This document shows positions 61,767 to 64,000 of a stretch of 64,000 nucleotides of DNA, piece after piece (the stretch's first letter is position 1; each line of letters opens with the position of its first letter). The DNA comes from Actinomycetota bacterium (GTDB lineage: Bacteria; Actinomycetota; Actinomycetes; Nanopelagicales; Nanopelagicaceae): NCBI GenBank assembly GCA_026393075.1, contig JAPLAW010000025.1, forward strand, positions 12,929 through 76,928, in the 5' to 3' direction. Below the pieces are notes generated by a model, which searched no databases, was not told where the DNA came from, and saw nothing but the letters and a program-made list of their open reading frames with translations. The position numbers and the translations under genes were made by a program.

Positions 61767-62594
61767 TTATTGACCCACGCGGAAACGGAAGAATGCAGTC
61801 ACATCAGTGCCCGCTTCGTCCAGAATCTGCTTAACGCTCTTCTTGGCATCCTTAGCAAATGACTGCTCGATCAAGGAAACTTCCTTAACGAAACCAGTCA
61901 CGCGGCCTTCGACAATCTTGGAAAGCGCTGGCTCGGTCTTGCCTTCGTTAACAGCAGTTTCTTGAGCTAGCCGGCGCTCGTTTTCGATCGCATCTGCTGG
62001 AACATCTTCGCGCTTCACATAAAGGGGTGCAAAAGCTGCAATGTGCTGAGCAACATCCTTACCAACTTCGCCAGCTTCCTTGGTCAACTGAACAAGAACG
62101 CCAACTTGTGGTGGTAGATCTGGGCTAGTGCGGTGCATGTAAACGCCAACTGGTGAACCAGCTAGAACTCCGATGCGACGAATTTCAATCTTCTCGCCAA
62201 GAGTTGCATTGCCTTCATCAACTGTGGTTTGCACAGTCTTACCTGAAGCCATTGTTGAAGCAAGGAACGCATCAACATCTGCAATCTTTGCTGATTCAAG
62301 ATGAGCAACTAATTCTTCAGCTAGCTCTTGGAAACGCTCACCCTTTGCTACGAAATCTGTTTCGCAGTTAAGTTCAAGAATCACACCAAGGTCGCCGCTA
62401 ACACGTGAAGTAACTAGACCGTTTGAAGTCAGACGTCCTTCGCGCTTAGTAACACCCTTTTGACCTTTTACGCGAATGATTTCGACAGCCTTGTCGTAAT
62501 CTCCGCCAGCTTCGTCAAGTGCTTTCTTGCAATCGAGCATTCCTGCTGCAGTTGCTTCGCGCAGCTTCTTTACATCTTCAGCTGTGTAAGCCAC
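61767..62594 (-). CDS. tsf: translation elongation factor Ts
   Basis: 275 aa with an N-terminal UBA-like domain (VKKLREATAAGMLDCKKAL). Confidence 0.95.
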   Translation of the reverse strand: MAYTAEDVKKLREATAAGMLDCKKALDEAGGDYDKAVEIIRVKGQKGVTKREGRLTSNGLVTSRVSGDLGVILELNCETDFVAKGERFQELAEELVAHLESAKIADVDAFLASTMASGKTVQTTVDEGNATLGEKIEIRRIGVLAGSPVGVYMHRTSPDLPPQVGVLVQLTKEAGEVGKDVAQHIAAFAPLYVKREDVPADAIENERRLAQETAVNEGKTEPALSKIVEGRVTGFVKEVSLIEQSFAKDAKKSVKQILDEAGTDVTAFFRFRVGQ

Positions 62595-63395
62595 TTATGC
62601 CTCCGGAGTTGTTTCGGCTGCAGGTGTTGCAGCGCTCTCTAGTAATTCAGCAGCAACAGCCGCGTCCGCTACAGCTGCTTCGGCAGGCTTTGCTTCAGCA
62701 GCAGCAGTTGCGCCACGTGCAGCAAGTCCGGCTACAACTGCATCAGTGATAACGCGTGTTAGCAAACCGATTGAACGGATTGCATCATCGTTACCAGGAA
62801 TCTTGAAATCAACTTCATCTGGATCGCAGTTAGTATCTAGAACAGCAATAACTGGAATACCAAGCTTCTTAGCTTCTTGAACTGCTAAGTGCTCTTTCTT
62901 GGTGTCGATAACCCAGATTGCGCTAGGCAACTTTGTCATGTCACGAATACCGTTTAGGTTCTTCTGTAGCTTCTCGCGCTCGCGACGAAGAACAAGAAGT
63001 TCTTTCTTTGTTAGCAACTGATCGTTGGCATTTTCTAGCTTCTCAAGTTCCTTAAGACGCTGAATACGCTTGTATACAGTTGGGAAGTTTGTCAGCATTC
63101 CACCTAACCAACGCTCAGTTACATAAGGCATGCCTACGCGTGCTGATTGCTGAATGATTGGCTCGTGTGCTTGCTTCTTGGTACCAACATAAAGAATGTG
63201 GCCACCCTTTGCTACAACATCCTTCACGAATTCATATGCGCTATCGATAAGTGCAAGTGACTGTTGGATGTCGATGATGTAGATTCCATTGCGCTCAGCA
63301 AAAATAAAGCGCTTCATCTTTGGATTCCATCGACGAGTTTGGTGTCCGAAGTGGACTCCACTGTCGAGAAGTTCTCTCATTGTTACTACGGCCAT
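62595..63395 (-). CDS. rpsB: 30S ribosomal protein S2 with Ala/Glu-rich C-terminal extension
   Basis: The start is set at [27 protein letters not shown] (ATG 63395, SD GAAGGAG) rather than the ORF-track start at 63428. The stop abuts the tsf start. Confidence 0.95.
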   Translation of the reverse strand: MAVVTMRELLDSGVHFGHQTRRWNPKMKRFIFAERNGIYIIDIQQSLALIDSAYEFVKDVVAKGGHILYVGTKKQAHEPIIQQSARVGMPYVTERWLGGMLTNFPTVYKRIQRLKELEKLENANDQLLTKKELLVLRREREKLQKNLNGIRDMTKLPSAIWVIDTKKEHLAVQEAKKLGIPVIAVLDTNCDPDEVDFKIPGNDDAIRSIGLLTRVITDAVVAGLAARGATAAAEAKPAEAAVADAAVAAELLESAATPAAETTPEA

Positions 63396-63458
63396 GACGG
63401 CACGCTCCTTCTTCGGTTTTTCGCGCACGCGGCAACGAATAAACCTGACTCGGTTTAT

Positions 63459-63479
63459 GGTGAATCAATTTGATTCACC
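63459..63479 (-). promoter_or_regulatory. 21-nt palindrome upstream of rpsB (operator or leader hairpin candidate)
   Basis: GGTGAATCAA-T-TTGATTCACC has perfect 10-bp arms. It is centred 74 nt upstream of the rpsB ATG. Confidence 0.4.
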
Positions 63480-63618
63480 CGTCGCACTCGAATTCATCGA
63501 CCAATTACTTGGACCGAGATGACTATGCCGGCCGAGGCCGGTGAGTGCTGAGATGTCACCAACTGGGTAGTTGGTGCAGGGCAAATCCTACCTGAGCGTG
63601 AAGAGTGCTTTGTACCTC

Positions 63619-64000
63619 TTATATACGCGCAGAAAGCTCGCTCTTGAGCAGTTCGGCCAGGTGCGGGGCAATCTTCCAATCAGCCAACATCGCCTGATAG
63701 CGATCGACTTCAACTGGGTCGACTTTGACCCTAGTTTTCACAGCGCGAATCATGATGTTTCGAGGGGTGTGTTCTCCCCCAATGAATTCGACAATATCAA
63801 CGCGATAACCCAGAAGTTTAAGAATCTGCGCCCGCAAAGAATCAGTCATCAAATCAATTAATCTCTCGCTAACTACGCTGTGTCGAGTTAACAAAGACCA
63901 AGGTTCTGGAACTAGATCAATCTGGGCCTGTAAATCATGGTGACAACAAGGTGCCAACATAATTACTTTCGCTGAATTCTTAACTGCCCAAGCAATCGAA
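63619..64000 (-). CDS. putative SAM-dependent methyltransferase, C-terminal part (5' end beyond window)
   Basis: The reading frame stays open to the window edge (...SIAWAVKNSAKVIMLAPCCHHDL...GGEHTPRNIMIRAVK...). The PCCHH and EHTPRN blocks recall a class I methyltransferase family (Methyltransf_32-like). This assignment is from memory only. Confidence 0.4.
   Translation of the reverse strand, partial: SIAWAVKNSAKVIMLAPCCHHDLQAQIDLVPEPWSLLTRHSVVSERLIDLMTDSLRAQILKLLGYRVDIVEFIGGEHTPRNIMIRAVKTRVKVDPVEVDRYQAMLADWKIAPHLAELLKSELSARI

Noticed and set aside
63429-63618. Possible tRNA or small RNA gene in the hairpin-rich spacer upstream of rpsB
   Set aside because: There is no T-loop (GTTCRANYC) or cloverleaf arrangement. 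The hairpins are better explained as a terminator or leader elements.

Overview
The window is a densely packed stretch of core chromosome, about 96% coding by my gene calls. It holds 68 protein genes, 63 of them on the minus strand.

Organism (inference). It looks like a streamlined Actinomycetota genome with moderate GC. The supporting proteins are HupB with a Lys/Ala tail, ClgR, a SepIVA-like protein, a mycoredoxin-like protein, ThyX and a Rip1/RseP-type protease. Gene order follows the conserved actinobacterial backbone.

Gene order from 1 to 64000:
- glnB-amt-ftsY-smc-mutM-rnc-rpmF-DUF177
- coaD-rsmD-recG / rpmB / thiL / ddl-gpsA-plsC-hupB-leuDC / iclR
- recX-recA ... clgR-cinA-pgsA-rimO-rodZ-like-ftsK-rnj-dapA-thyX
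- azlCD, dapB-M16 peptidase-pnp-rpsO-ribF-truB-rbfA-infB-ylxR-nusA-rimP
- proS-ispG-rseP-dxr
- an embedded polyamine block (speB-potCBA-potD-patD-like)
- rlmN-cdsA-frr-pyrH-tsf-rpsB, then a truncated methyltransferase at the right edge

Not found: rRNA, tRNA, CRISPR arrays, IS elements or transposases, integrases, prophage genes, and recognisable defence or toxin systems. I do not see a convincing new multi-gene system here.

Items worth a second look:
1. The PotA-type ABC ATPase has lost exactly the LSGGQ signature segment in frame, while the rest of the polyamine cluster looks intact.
2. A lineage-specific run, TetR - DUF3046 - secreted two-domain protein, is translationally chained between clgR and recA.
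3. The recA upstream region carries both a near-consensus LexA box and a RecA-NDp/PafBC-type promoter motif, directly abutting.
4. There are structured spacers: ftsK/rodZ-like with mutually exclusive hairpins, rpsO-pnp, the rpsO leader, and a 21-nt palindrome upstream of rpsB.
5. rpmF is missing from the supplied ORF track and is masked by a wrong-frame ORF.

All functional calls rest on my reading of the translated motifs and on remembered family signatures and synteny. No database search was possible.
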